The notes under the pieces are model-generated. The model ran no database searches. It worked only from the letters and a program-made list of their open reading frames with translations, and was not told the origin of the DNA. A stretch of DNA of 64,000 nucleotides from an uncultured bacterium. Lineage in GTDB: Bacteria > JAGRBM01 > JAHCIT01. Of the stretch, positions 1 through 10,288 are shown one piece after another (the first letter of the stretch is position 1; each line of letters starts with the position of its first letter). The position numbers and the translations under genes were made by a program. The DNA is taken from positions 430,618 through 494,617 of the forward strand of contig CAZMGV010000001.1 in assembly GCA_964565925.1 (NCBI GenBank). Direction: 5' to 3'.

Positions 1-152
1 GCATACCGGCCCCTCTCGGTTTAAATTACAGGCTATCACCCGCCCGAAATATCTACCAGCCCAAACCTGTATCTGCGAAGCATCGCCTGCCTCCCAAAGC
101 TCGTTTGATTTCCTCACTTGGGAACAACCCCAAAACTGGCTAGAATAGCCCC

Positions 153-410
153 ATGAGTAACCGCACCACTCAGCTGAAGAATACAAGCACAAAGGGCACT
201 CCCGTTGCCTACGTGCGTGACTCGAAGGGCAAACCGGTGGCGGCGATTGTCGATCTACGCATCTACCGCCAGTTCCAGAAATTCCAGAGACAGTTCGGCT
301 CGCAACTGGATCAACTGGCCAAAACTTACCGAGACGTCCCCGCTGAGACAGCGATCCGCGAGATTGACGCTGCTGTCCGCCACGCACAAAAAACGACGCG
401 CGCCCGGTAG
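153..410 (+). CDS. putative type II antitoxin of a VapBC-like pair (85 aa)
   Basis: Small basic ORF immediately upstream (11-nt gap) of a PIN-domain gene. Size and operon position are typical of a Phd/VapB-type antitoxin. I recognise no named domain with certainty. Confidence 0.5.
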   Translation: MSNRTTQLKNTSTKGTPVAYVRDSKGKPVAAIVDLRIYRQFQKFQRQFGSQLDQLAKTYRDVPAETAIREIDAAVRHAQKTTRAR

Positions 411-421
411 CCTGATCCCTC

Positions 422-835
422 TTGAAAGCCGTACTGGATACCAACGTGTTCATGTCGGGCCTCATGCTGCCCGATAGTATTCCCGGCAAAATTATCAGCG
501 GGTGGCGTAGCCAGCTCTTTCATCTCGCCACGAGCGGACCGCAGCTCGCAGAAATAGAGCGAGTATTGTCCTACCCCCGAATCCGTAAACGGCTGCACTG
601 GGGTCATGAACAGGTAAGCAGTTTCATCGAAGGTCTTCATGTTTTTGCCGAATTGGTCGAACCGGATACTGTAAACGTGACCCAACTCGATGATGCCGAC
701 CGCGCAATCCTCGGAACTTTCACAGCCTCCAAAGCCCGCTGGCTGGTCACCGGCGACAACGATCTGCTCGTGCTTTCAGGCCGGTATTCCGTCATCACCC
801 CGGCCCGGTTCCTGCCGAAACTTTCGCGCCGCTAA
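422..835 (+). CDS. vapC: PIN-domain ribonuclease toxin (VapC-like)
   Basis: TTG start. N-terminal LKAVLDTNVF motif (conserved Asp of PIN), acidic residues further on, about 137 aa. Tightly follows the small upstream ORF. Confidence 0.7.
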   Translation: MKAVLDTNVFMSGLMLPDSIPGKIISGWRSQLFHLATSGPQLAEIERVLSYPRIRKRLHWGHEQVSSFIEGLHVFAELVEPDTVNVTQLDDADRAILGTFTASKARWLVTGDNDLLVLSGRYSVITPARFLPKLSRR

Positions 836-940
836 AGCCCTCTTGACTCCCCCTCCTCCATCAGCCACAACTTGCGCCTTCCGGGGGTAGCCCGGCGGGG
901 TTCGCTTAGGCGGTTTCCCCAAGGATTACGGAGAGTTATC

Positions 941-1255
941 ATGCACGCGGTCATCGAGACAAACGGCAAGCAGTTCCGGGTCGCCCAGGGCGACAAGCTG
1001 GTGTTGGACCGGCTGGCGGCCAAAGTCGGCTCGGAAGTCGTCATCGACAAGGTCCTTTTCATCGAGAAGGACGGCGGCGAGACCGTCGTGGGCAAGCCCT
1101 ACGTGAGCGGCGCGAAGGTCACCTTCAAGGTGGTCGAAGAGATGCGCGGCCCCAAGCTCCTCATCTGGAAGCACCGCCGGCGCAAGAACTCGCGCAAGCG
1201 CCAGGGCCACCGTGCGGACCAGTCCCGCGTGGAAATCACCGGGATCTCGGCCTGA
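941..1255 (+). CDS. rplU: 50S ribosomal protein L21
   Basis: MHAVIETNGKQFRV...KFKVVEE...IWKHRRRKNSRKRQGHR is the L21 signature. Conserved L21-L27-Obg order. ATG at 941 lies within the longer ORF 872-1255. Confidence 0.9.
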   Translation: MHAVIETNGKQFRVAQGDKLVLDRLAAKVGSEVVIDKVLFIEKDGGETVVGKPYVSGAKVTFKVVEEMRGPKLLIWKHRRRKNSRKRQGHRADQSRVEITGISA

Positions 1256-1302
1256 CCGCCGACGCCTGTAGTCGAAGCCTGTAAAGGAAGGATTCAAGAG
1301 TC

Positions 1303-1563
1303 ATGGCAGACAGACCAAATGGACGCGATTCCCACGGCCAGCGGCGCGAGGTCAAGCGCGCGGACGGCCAGAAGGTGATCGCCGGAAACATCATCGTCCG
1401 CCAGGTGGGCACGCGCGTGCACCCCGGCAAGAACGTGGCGATGGGCCGCGACTACACGATCTTCGCGACCGCCGAAGGCACCGTGAAGTTTACCCGCTGG
1501 GGCAAGGACCGCAAGCGCGTCCATGTGATCCCGGCCGAGGAGAAGGCGGCCGCGAAGAACTGA
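1303..1563 (+). CDS. rpmA: 50S ribosomal protein L27
   Basis: [44 protein letters not shown] is the L27 signature. Confidence 0.9.
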   Translation: MADRPNGRDSHGQRREVKRADGQKVIAGNIIVRQVGTRVHPGKNVAMGRDYTIFATAEGTVKFTRWGKDRKRVHVIPAEEKAAAKN

Positions 1564-1584
1564 CGCAGTCAGATCAGCCTCTGT

Positions 1585-1625
1585 AAGATTCGCGCCCCCT
1601 TGACGGTCACCCCGGCAAGGGGGCG
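1585..1625 (+). terminator. GC-rich hairpin after rpmA (GCGCCCCCTT-N15-AAGGGGGCGC)
   Basis: Perfect 10-bp stem between rpmA and obg, with no U-tract. May act as an attenuator or processing site. Confidence 0.35.
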
Positions 1626-1644
1626 CAGTTCATAGGACCCATTT

Positions 1645-2709
1645 ATGAAGTTCGTCGACGAGGTCGTAATCCACGTCTCTTCCGGCCACGGCGGGAAGGG
1701 TGCGGTCGCGTTTCTGCGCGAGAAGTTCCGGCCCCGCGGCGGCCCCGCCGGCGGCAACGGCGGCGACGGCGGCAGCGTCATCCTGCGGGCCACGACCCGC
1801 AAGCAGACGCTGCTCGACTTCCGGTACTCGCCCAACGCCTTCGCCAAGGACGGCCAGGGCGGACTCGGCAATGAAATGTACGGCAAAGCTTCGCCCGATC
1901 TCGTGCTCGAGGTCCCCGTCGGCACCCGCGCCTACAAGCTGCCCGACAACTCGATTCTGTGCGACCTCACGAAAGACGGCGAGGAAGTGGTGATCGCCAA
2001 GGGCGGGCGCGGCGGCATGGGCAACATGCACTTCGCCACCTCGCGCAACCAGGCGCCCCGCTACGCGCAACCCGGCCTGCCGGGCGAGGCGTTCGACATG
2101 CGGCTGGAACTGCAACTGCTGGCGGATGTGGGCCTTGTGGGCCTGCCCAACGCCGGCAAGTCGACGCTCATCAGCCGCATCTCGGCCGCCAAGCCCAAGA
2201 TCGCCGACTATCCGTTCACGACGCTGGTGCCGAACCTGGGCGTCGTGCAGTGGGGCGACTTCAAGACCTACGTCGTCGCCGATCTGCCCGGCATCATCGA
2301 GGGCGCCCACGAGGGCGCGGGCCTGGGCATCCGGTTTTTGAAGCACGCCCGCCGCTCGCGCGTGCTGTTATTCGTAATCGACATGGCGGCGCCCGAAGAT
2401 CCCGCGAAGACCTACGACCTGCTGCTCAGGGAGATCAAGGCATTCGACAAGTCGATGCTGGACAAGCCCCGTCTCGTGGCGCTGAACAAGATGGACACGC
2501 GGCCCGACGAGAAGCTCCTGAAGACGACGCTCCAGAAGCTCAAGCGCAAGAAGGTCGAAGTCATGACGATCTCCGGCGTGTCGGGCGAGAACATCCCCCA
2601 GCTCAAGATCCGGCTCGGCCAGATACTCCTCGAACTGGGCATGCGCCGCCCCGAAGAAACTCCGGCCGGAGACAGCGGCGCGGAGGCGGGCGAGGGAGAC
2701 GACTGGTGA
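1645..2709 (+). CDS. obg: GTPase Obg/CgtA
   Basis: MKFVDEVVIHVSSGHGGKGAVAFLREKF...GGNGGDGGSV is the Obg fold. G-domain motifs GLPNAGKST, DLPGIIEGA and NKMD. Confidence 0.9.
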   Translation: MKFVDEVVIHVSSGHGGKGAVAFLREKFRPRGGPAGGNGGDGGSVILRATTRKQTLLDFRYSPNAFAKDGQGGLGNEMYGKASPDLVLEVPVGTRAYKLPDNSILCDLTKDGEEVVIAKGGRGGMGNMHFATSRNQAPRYAQPGLPGEAFDMRLELQLLADVGLVGLPNAGKSTLISRISAAKPKIADYPFTTLVPNLGVVQWGDFKTYVVADLPGIIEGAHEGAGLGIRFLKHARRSRVLLFVIDMAAPEDPAKTYDLLLREIKAFDKSMLDKPRLVALNKMDTRPDEKLLKTTLQKLKRKKVEVMTISGVSGENIPQLKIRLGQILLELGMRRPEETPAGDSGAEAGEGDDW

Positions 2710-3830
2710 GCCGCGACCTCATCAAGAACGTGAAGCGGGCGGTGATCAAGCTCGGCTCGCGCGTGCTCGTGAGCGGCGACCGGATCGACGCCGAACGGCT
2801 CGCGCGCATCGTCGACGAGATCGCCGCGCTCAAAAAGCGCGGGGTGCAGGTGGCCATTGTGACCTCCGGCGCCGTCGCCTCGGGACGCTCGCGGCTCGGT
2901 CTCAAGGAAAAGCCCCGCACCATTCCGCTCAAGCAGGCGGTCGCTGCTGTGGGCCAGAGCCTGCTCATGCACACCTACGCCACCGAGTTCGACCGCCACA
3001 GCGTCGCCGTGGGCCAGGTGCTGCTCACGCAGCAGGTGGTCAACAACCGCCAGCTTTTCCTGAACGCCCGCAACACGCTCGAGACCCTGTTCGAGCTGGG
3101 CGTCATTCCGATCATCAACGAGAACGACACGGTGGCCGTGGAAGAGATCAAGCTGGGCGACAACGACCGGCTCTCCTCCATCGTGGCAGGGCTGTTGAAA
3201 GCCGACCTGCTCGTGATCCTCACCGATGTGGACGGGCTCTACGACAAGAACCCCAACGACCACAAGGACGCCCGGCGCATCGGGTTTGTCCCGCAGATTA
3301 CGTCCGAACTCAGAGCCGCCGCCGGCGGCACCGGCTCGGACGTGGGCCTGGGCGGCATGCGGACCAAACTCGATGCCGCCGAGACGGCCACCCGCGCCGG
3401 CACGGCGACGGTGGTGGCGGCCGGAGTGAAACCAGGCTCGATCACCCGGATCCTCGAAGGAGCCGACGAGGGGACGTTTTTCGCGCCGGACCCCAAGGGG
3501 GTATCATCGCGCCAGCAGTGGATCGGCTATTCGCTGCAGGTAAAGGGCGAACTGGTCTTGGACGCAGGGGCGATGCAGGCCTTGAAGGGCGGCAAGAAGT
3601 CGCTGCTTCCGGCCGGAGTGAAAGAAGTGCGCGGCGAATTCGAGGCCGGGGACTGCGTCAAATGCTCGGGCCCCGACGGTACCGAATTCGCCCGCGGGCT
3701 CGTCACCTACAGTTCGCGGGACATCCAGAAACTGGCGGGGCATCGCACCGACGACATCGAAAAGCTGCTCGGATACCGCAGTGTGGACGAGATCATCCAA
3801 CGGGATGACCTCGTGATCCTGAACGGTTAG
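2706..3830 (+). CDS. proB: glutamate 5-kinase (with C-terminal PUA domain)
   Basis: GTG start overlapping the obg stop (GTGA). VIKLGSRVL...VAIVTSGAV...IINENDTVAVEEIKLGDNDRLS is the ProB core. PUA-like C-terminus. Followed by proA. Confidence 0.85.
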   Translation: MSRDLIKNVKRAVIKLGSRVLVSGDRIDAERLARIVDEIAALKKRGVQVAIVTSGAVASGRSRLGLKEKPRTIPLKQAVAAVGQSLLMHTYATEFDRHSVAVGQVLLTQQVVNNRQLFLNARNTLETLFELGVIPIINENDTVAVEEIKLGDNDRLSSIVAGLLKADLLVILTDVDGLYDKNPNDHKDARRIGFVPQITSELRAAAGGTGSDVGLGGMRTKLDAAETATRAGTATVVAAGVKPGSITRILEGADEGTFFAPDPKGVSSRQQWIGYSLQVKGELVLDAGAMQALKGGKKSLLPAGVKEVRGEFEAGDCVKCSGPDGTEFARGLVTYSSRDIQKLAGHRTDDIEKLLGYRSVDEIIQRDDLVILNG

Positions 3831-3864
3831 ATTCAGAAGGACCTGCTCTCCAAGGGAGTTCATC

Positions 3865-5145
<1,281 letters not shown>

Positions 5146-5187
5146 TCCACAGACTGATTACCGAACCGATCGCACATAAAGGACAGC

Positions 5188-5844
5188 ATGGCGAAGACGA
5201 CGAAAAAGACGACGAAGAAAGCCCCGGCAAAATCCGCGAAAGCGGCCGCGAAGAAGCCCGCCCCAAAGCCGGTGAAGAAACCGGCCGCGCCCGCAAAGGG
5301 CTCGAAGAAACCCATCAGGACAGCCTCGAAAGCGGCGTCGAAGGCACCGGTGAAGCGTCCGGCCCCGAAGCCGGCGGCTAAACCGGTGGCAAAGGCGGCC
5401 CTCAAAACGGCGCCTGCGGCCACCGGAAAACCCGCCCCCAAAGCGCCGCCCAAGCCTGATCCCTCCCGCGAACAGCTCCACCGGCTCGTCAAAGCGCTGC
5501 TGGACAAGAAGGGCCAGGCGGTGACGAGTATCGAGGTGGGCGACATTGTCGGTTACACCGAATTCTATCTCATCGCGACCGGGACCTCGACCAAGCATAA
5601 CCAGACCCTCTGCGACGCCATTGTCGAGTCGGAAACGAAGACCGGCCACCAGAAACCGCGCCGCGAGGGGTACAACTTCGGCAACTGGATCGTCGTCGAC
5701 GCCGGGGACGTGATCGTCCACCTGTTCGACGACGCCTCCCGCCACCATTACGACCTGGAGCGCCTGTTCCTGGAATCCGAACGCAAGCTCTACGGCGAGG
5801 ACGGCAAGATCGTCGACCTGCCACGGATGAACCGGGGGGCCTGA
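5188..5844 (+). CDS. rsfS: ribosome silencing factor RsfS (Iojap) with an N-terminal lysine/alanine/proline-rich histone-H1-like extension of about 95 aa
   Basis: The C-terminal about 115 aa match RsfS (GDIVGYTEFYLIATGTSTKHNQTLCDAIVE...NWIVVDAGDVIVHLF...YDLERLF). The N-terminus is AKKPAPKPVKKPAAPAKG-type repeats. It is one continuous ORF. Confidence 0.8.
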   Translation: MAKTTKKTTKKAPAKSAKAAAKKPAPKPVKKPAAPAKGSKKPIRTASKAASKAPVKRPAPKPAAKPVAKAALKTAPAATGKPAPKAPPKPDPSREQLHRLVKALLDKKGQAVTSIEVGDIVGYTEFYLIATGTSTKHNQTLCDAIVESETKTGHQKPRREGYNFGNWIVVDAGDVIVHLFDDASRHHYDLERLFLESERKLYGEDGKIVDLPRMNRGA

Positions 5845-5862
5845 GGCCGCCACAGGCAATCT

Positions 5863-6336
5863 GTGAAACTGATCCTCGCCGCTGTCGGGAAGATGAAATC
5901 CGCCCCGCTCAAGGAACTGGCGCAGGATTATGCCGGACGGGTCGGGCGCTTCGCCTCCCTGGATATCCGGGAGGCCGCCGAGACGAAAATCGAGGCCCGC
6001 TCGCCATCGGATAACGACCGGAAACGGGCCGTCCAGGAAGAAGGTGCAAGACTTCTGGCAAAAAGCGACGGGGCCGTCTATGCACTGTCTCCCGACGGGA
6101 AGCCCCTGTCGACGGAAGAGTGGAAAAATCTGCTCGACCGGATCGAACAGGAGGCCCGGCCCGCCACTTTCGTGATCGGAGGGGCGTTCGGGCTCTCGGA
6201 GGAAGTCAAAAAAAAGGCTTCCAGGATCGTTTCCCTGTCCCCGGCCACCTTTACCCATGAACTTGCCCGCGTGCTCGTTCTCGAACAACTCTACAGGGCC
6301 TGGACGCTGAAAAAGGGCGTCCCGTACCACTACTAG
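5863..6336 (+). CDS. rlmH: 23S rRNA (pseudouridine1915-N3)-methyltransferase RlmH
   Basis: SPOUT-fold RlmH pattern (KLILAAVGK...FVIGGAFGLSEEV...SLSPATFTHELARVLVLEQLYRAW). Conserved rsfS-rlmH adjacency. GTG start. Confidence 0.85.
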   Translation: MKLILAAVGKMKSAPLKELAQDYAGRVGRFASLDIREAAETKIEARSPSDNDRKRAVQEEGARLLAKSDGAVYALSPDGKPLSTEEWKNLLDRIEQEARPATFVIGGAFGLSEEVKKKASRIVSLSPATFTHELARVLVLEQLYRAWTLKKGVPYHY

Positions 6337-6350
6337 GAAAGCCGACCAAC

Positions 6351-6758
6351 ATGCTCACGCCCGACCAGACCCGCCAGTGCAAGGCCAAACTGAACGAAAT
6401 CCGTGAAGGCCTGCTCGCCGAAGTGGCCAGCATCCGCGAATCGGCCGAAGCCCTCGACGAAGGCCAGGGCGCGGCCGACCTCGCCGACGCCTCTACGTCG
6501 CAGTACGACCGGGCGTTCCTGGGCCGGATGTCAGAAGCCGACCAGAAGCTGCTGGAGCGGGTCGACAATGCGCTCCAGCGCATTAACGGCAAGGATTACG
6601 GGATCTGCGAGGACTGCAGCGAAGAGATTCCGTTCAAGCGTCTCCTGACGGTCCCCTACGGCGAACGCTGCATCGCGTGCCAGGAAATCCTGGAGCGCGA
6701 CGAGAAGAACCGCAGCTCCGGCCGGGCGAGCGAGACCGGAACCGGATTCGAAGAGTAA
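6351..6758 (+). CDS. DksA/TraR-family C4 zinc-finger protein
   Basis: Coiled-coil N-terminal part and a C-terminal CEDCSEEIPFKRLLTVPYGERCIACQ four-Cys zinc finger typical of the DksA/TraR family. Confidence 0.7.
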   Translation: MLTPDQTRQCKAKLNEIREGLLAEVASIRESAEALDEGQGAADLADASTSQYDRAFLGRMSEADQKLLERVDNALQRINGKDYGICEDCSEEIPFKRLLTVPYGERCIACQEILERDEKNRSSGRASETGTGFEE

Positions 6759-6794
6759 CGGCCATCCACGGGCGGATGTGACGAGGTATCTGCG

Positions 6795-8354
6795 ATGGGG
6801 ACGAAAAACCCTGTACTGCTTATCATCATGGACGGCTGGGGGCTGGGCAAAGACGAGCCCACCAATGCCGTGAAGGCCGCCAATACCCCGGTCGTGAACG
6901 CCCTTTTCGCCAACAATCCGTGGGTGCCGGTGAAAACCTCCGGCGAGGACGTGGGCCTTCCCAAGGGCCAGATGGGCAACTCCGAAGTCGGTCATCTGAA
7001 CATCGGTGCCGGCCGGATCGTTTACCAGAGCCTCTCGCTCATCTACCGCGACATTGAAAACGGCAGCTTCTTCGAGAACAGGGAACTGGTTGCGGTCTGC
7101 GACAAGGTGAAGGCCGAAAAGGGAGCCCTGCATCTCATGGGGCTCGTCTCCGACGGCGGCGTACACAGCCACGTCGATCACCTGGTCGCCCTGATGAAGC
7201 TCGCCAGGCAGCAGCATATCGAGCGGGTGTATATCCATGCATTCCTGGACGGGCGCGATACGGCCCCCAAGAGCGCTCTGGAGTTCATCCAGACGGTTGA
7301 AACGGCCATCAAGGCGTTGGAAATCGGACGCATCGTCACCGTATCGGGCCGGTTCTACGCCATGGACCGTGACAAGCGCTGGGACCGCCTGAAGCTGGCC
7401 TATGACGCCATGGTGAGCGGCCGCTCCGACTTTGTTGCCGGCTCGGCGCAGGAGGCGGTCGTCGCCGCCTACGCTCGCGGCGAAACCGACGAGTTCGTCA
7501 AACCCACGATCATCTGCAACGAAAAAAAGAACTTCATCGGCCAGATCAACGACCGCGACGGCGTGATATTTTTCAACTTCCGTGCAGACCGTGCGCGCCA
7601 GATCTCCCGCGCGCTGACGGACCCGAAGTTCCAGGAGTTCGACCGGGGCCGGGTACCGAAGCTGAGCGGGTTCGTCTGCTTCACCGAATACGACGCGACG
7701 CTGAAGCTCCCCTATGCGTTCACCAACGAGGAGCCGAAGAATACTCTCGGTGAAATACTGTCGAGATCGAAGCTGCTGCAGTTGCGGGCCGCCGAAACGG
7801 AAAAGTACGCCCACGTGACCTACTTCTTCAACGGCGGACAGGAAAAGGTGTTCGAGGGCGAGGACCGGATCATGGTGCCCTCCCCCAAGGACGTGAAGAC
7901 GTACGACCAGAAGCCGGAGATGAGCTGCGCCGAACTGACCGACAAGGTGATCGAGGCGATCCAGAAGAAGGATTATTCCTTCATCGCGCTCAACTACGCC
8001 AACTCCGACCAGGTGGGGCATACCGGCGTGCTGCCGGCGGCGATCCAGGCGAACGAGGCGATGGACAAGTGTCTCGCCCGCCTCGTCCCTGCCGCCAAGG
8101 CCAAGGGCTACAACGTCATCATCACCGCCGATCACGGCAACTCCGAGCAGATGCTCGACACCGCGACGGGCCGCCCCTACACGCAGCATACGACCAATCC
8201 GGTCGCTTTCATTCTGGACTCCGCGGGCGGCCAGAAGCTGGAGCTGCGCGAAGGCGGACGCCTGAGCGACATCGCACCGACGGTGCTGGATCTTCTCGGC
8301 ATCAAGCCGCCGCCCGAGATGAGCGGCAAGACCCTGATCGTTCATGGCGGTTGA
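6795..8354 (+). CDS. gpmI: 2,3-bisphosphoglycerate-independent phosphoglycerate mutase
   Basis: LLIIMDGWG...GNSEVGHLNIGAGR...ITADHGN are iPGM metal-site motifs. 519 aa. Confidence 0.9.
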   Translation: MGTKNPVLLIIMDGWGLGKDEPTNAVKAANTPVVNALFANNPWVPVKTSGEDVGLPKGQMGNSEVGHLNIGAGRIVYQSLSLIYRDIENGSFFENRELVAVCDKVKAEKGALHLMGLVSDGGVHSHVDHLVALMKLARQQHIERVYIHAFLDGRDTAPKSALEFIQTVETAIKALEIGRIVTVSGRFYAMDRDKRWDRLKLAYDAMVSGRSDFVAGSAQEAVVAAYARGETDEFVKPTIICNEKKNFIGQINDRDGVIFFNFRADRARQISRALTDPKFQEFDRGRVPKLSGFVCFTEYDATLKLPYAFTNEEPKNTLGEILSRSKLLQLRAAETEKYAHVTYFFNGGQEKVFEGEDRIMVPSPKDVKTYDQKPEMSCAELTDKVIEAIQKKDYSFIALNYANSDQVGHTGVLPAAIQANEAMDKCLARLVPAAKAKGYNVIITADHGNSEQMLDTATGRPYTQHTTNPVAFILDSAGGQKLELREGGRLSDIAPTVLDLLGIKPPPEMSGKTLIVHGG

Positions 8355-8418
8355 CCGGGCTTCCGGCCGGGCCAGCCAGTCCGGTACGTCCGGCTGGAAC
8401 CGGATTTTCCATCCGGCC

Positions 8419-9033
8419 ATGTCCTACTTCCGGAGACGGCGCCTTGCCCGTTTTCTCGCCGCATACCCCGGCCTGCCCGAAATGCAGGTACTCGACATCG
8501 GCGGCACGCCGCAGATCTGGGAAATCCTGAAAGCCGAGTTCGGCACATTCCCGAAACGGGTAGTGCTTCTCAATCTGGAGCCGCTGGCCGACGTCCCGCC
8601 GGGCTACGAGTCGGTCACCGCGTCGGCGCTCGACATCCCGTTTCCCGACAGGGCGTTCGATCTCTCCTTCTCGAACTCGGTAATCGAGCACGTCGGCACT
8701 CCGGCCGATATGGCGAAGTTCGCCAGCGAATGCCGCCGGGTCGGCCGTTCGATTTACCTGCAGACGCCCAACCGGTGGTTCCCGGTCGAACCCCATATCC
8801 TGACCGTCTTTCTGCACTGGCTCCCGCAGAAGCTCTACCGGAACCTGTCGTTCCTGTCGCTGCGGCGGCTTTTCTACCTGGGGGACCCGGACGGGTTTTA
8901 CCGGATTCTCGATACCACGCGGCTGCTCTCGGCGGCCGATGTCGCCCGGTTGTTTCCCGATCTGGCAGGAAACCTGGCACGGGAAAAACTGCTCGGACTC
9001 ACCAAGTCTTTCGTGATCACCGACCGGAAGTAG
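8419..9033 (+). CDS. class I SAM-dependent methyltransferase (Methyltransf_11-like)
   Basis: VLDIGGTPQ (motif I), FDLSFSNSVIEH and SIYLQTPN motifs. Start placed at the internal ATG (MSYFRR) to avoid overlap with gpmI. The longer ORF begins at 8344. Confidence 0.6.
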   Translation: MSYFRRRRLARFLAAYPGLPEMQVLDIGGTPQIWEILKAEFGTFPKRVVLLNLEPLADVPPGYESVTASALDIPFPDRAFDLSFSNSVIEHVGTPADMAKFASECRRVGRSIYLQTPNRWFPVEPHILTVFLHWLPQKLYRNLSFLSLRRLFYLGDPDGFYRILDTTRLLSAADVARLFPDLAGNLAREKLLGLTKSFVITDRK

Positions 9034-10257
9034 TTACGCGGCGGCAGTCCGCGTGAGGCGGCCGAACCAGACCGCACTGATGACGAGCGGTATGCAAATC
9101 GTTGCCGCCAGCCAGATCTGCTGTTCCATTGCGCCGAACCAGAAGGCGGCGGCTCCGATCAGGACCCCGTGACGCACCCATTCGAGCGGCGCCGCCCAGG
9201 ATTTCCCTTCAAACAGCCCTCCCCAGACCACGGTTGTCAGGATAATCATTACCCCGATCGCCGCCTGAACCCAGAGCGGCAGCCCGTCCTTGAACAGCTG
9301 GAGCGAGGTAATACCCGCGCCAATAACCACGAAATGCGAATCCACATATTTCTTGTAGGCCTTGGGAAACTCGGTGTCCCACTTGGTGAACTTGCCGGCG
9401 TCGACGGGCGGTGCCTTCTTCGGACCGCCCAGATCGGCCGGGTTCCACTCGGGATTAGCGAACCAGACCCATAATTTATCGGTGAACTTTTTCGTCTGCA
9501 CCGACCGGTCCCACATCTCTTTCCAGTAGTCGAAGTTCGCCCACGCGGGGTTCCAGCTCGCGTACGGCTTCACTGTCCCGAAGACCGGTGCGGCGCCTTC
9601 AGGTTCAAACGTCCCGAACATCCGGTCCCAGATGATCAGGATACCCGCGTGATTGCGGTCGATGTATTCCGGGTTGATCCCGTGATGGACCCGGTGATGG
9701 GACGGCGTATTCATCACCGACTCGTACCAGCCGGGAAGCCTGTCCACCGTCTGTGTGTGAATCCAGAACTGGTAGAGAAGGCTGATGGCGATATTCCCCG
9801 CGAAGACGAGCGGCGGGACGCCCAGCAGCGCCAGCGGGAAATAGATCGGCGTCGCGGCGAACCCCTGGAACCATGACTGCCGCAGCGCCACCGCCAGATT
9901 GTAGTCCTGACTCTGGTGGTGGACGACATGAAGCGCCCACAGAACGTTGATCTCGTGGCTCAGACGGTGGAACCAGTAGTAGAGAAAATCGACGCCGAAA
10001 AACCCGAGTATCCAGGCCGCCGCCGGATATGGCTCCAGATCGATCAGCCGGTACTGGCTGTATACCCAGGCATACGCCATGAGCGACAGCAGGCCCAGGA
10101 ACACCCGGATGACTTCGGACCCGATACCGCAGCTCAGGCAGGCGATGGAATCGGCGTAGCGGTAGAGGCGCTTGCCCTGCTTGCGCATGACGAGCACTTC
10201 CACGCCGATAAGTCCGAAAAAAGCGGGCACCGCCAGCGCAATGGGGTCGAGTTTCAC
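9034..10257 (-). CDS. fatty acid hydroxylase superfamily / sterol desaturase-family membrane protein
   Basis: Histidine boxes HRLSHE, HVVHH and HHRVHHG within a hydrophobic region, plus a large C-terminal extension. Start assigned to the GTG (VKLDP...) 32 nt after the upstream gene's stop. The unbroken ORF runs to 10329. Confidence 0.65.
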   Translation of the reverse strand: MKLDPIALAVPAFFGLIGVEVLVMRKQGKRLYRYADSIACLSCGIGSEVIRVFLGLLSLMAYAWVYSQYRLIDLEPYPAAAWILGFFGVDFLYYWFHRLSHEINVLWALHVVHHQSQDYNLAVALRQSWFQGFAATPIYFPLALLGVPPLVFAGNIAISLLYQFWIHTQTVDRLPGWYESVMNTPSHHRVHHGINPEYIDRNHAGILIIWDRMFGTFEPEGAAPVFGTVKPYASWNPAWANFDYWKEMWDRSVQTKKFTDKLWVWFANPEWNPADLGGPKKAPPVDAGKFTKWDTEFPKAYKKYVDSHFVVIGAGITSLQLFKDGLPLWVQAAIGVMIILTTVVWGGLFEGKSWAAPLEWVRHGVLIGAAAFWFGAMEQQIWLAATICIPLVISAVWFGRLTRTAAA

Positions 10258-10288
10258 GCGAATGACTCCGTCAGGTCTTGATACCGGA

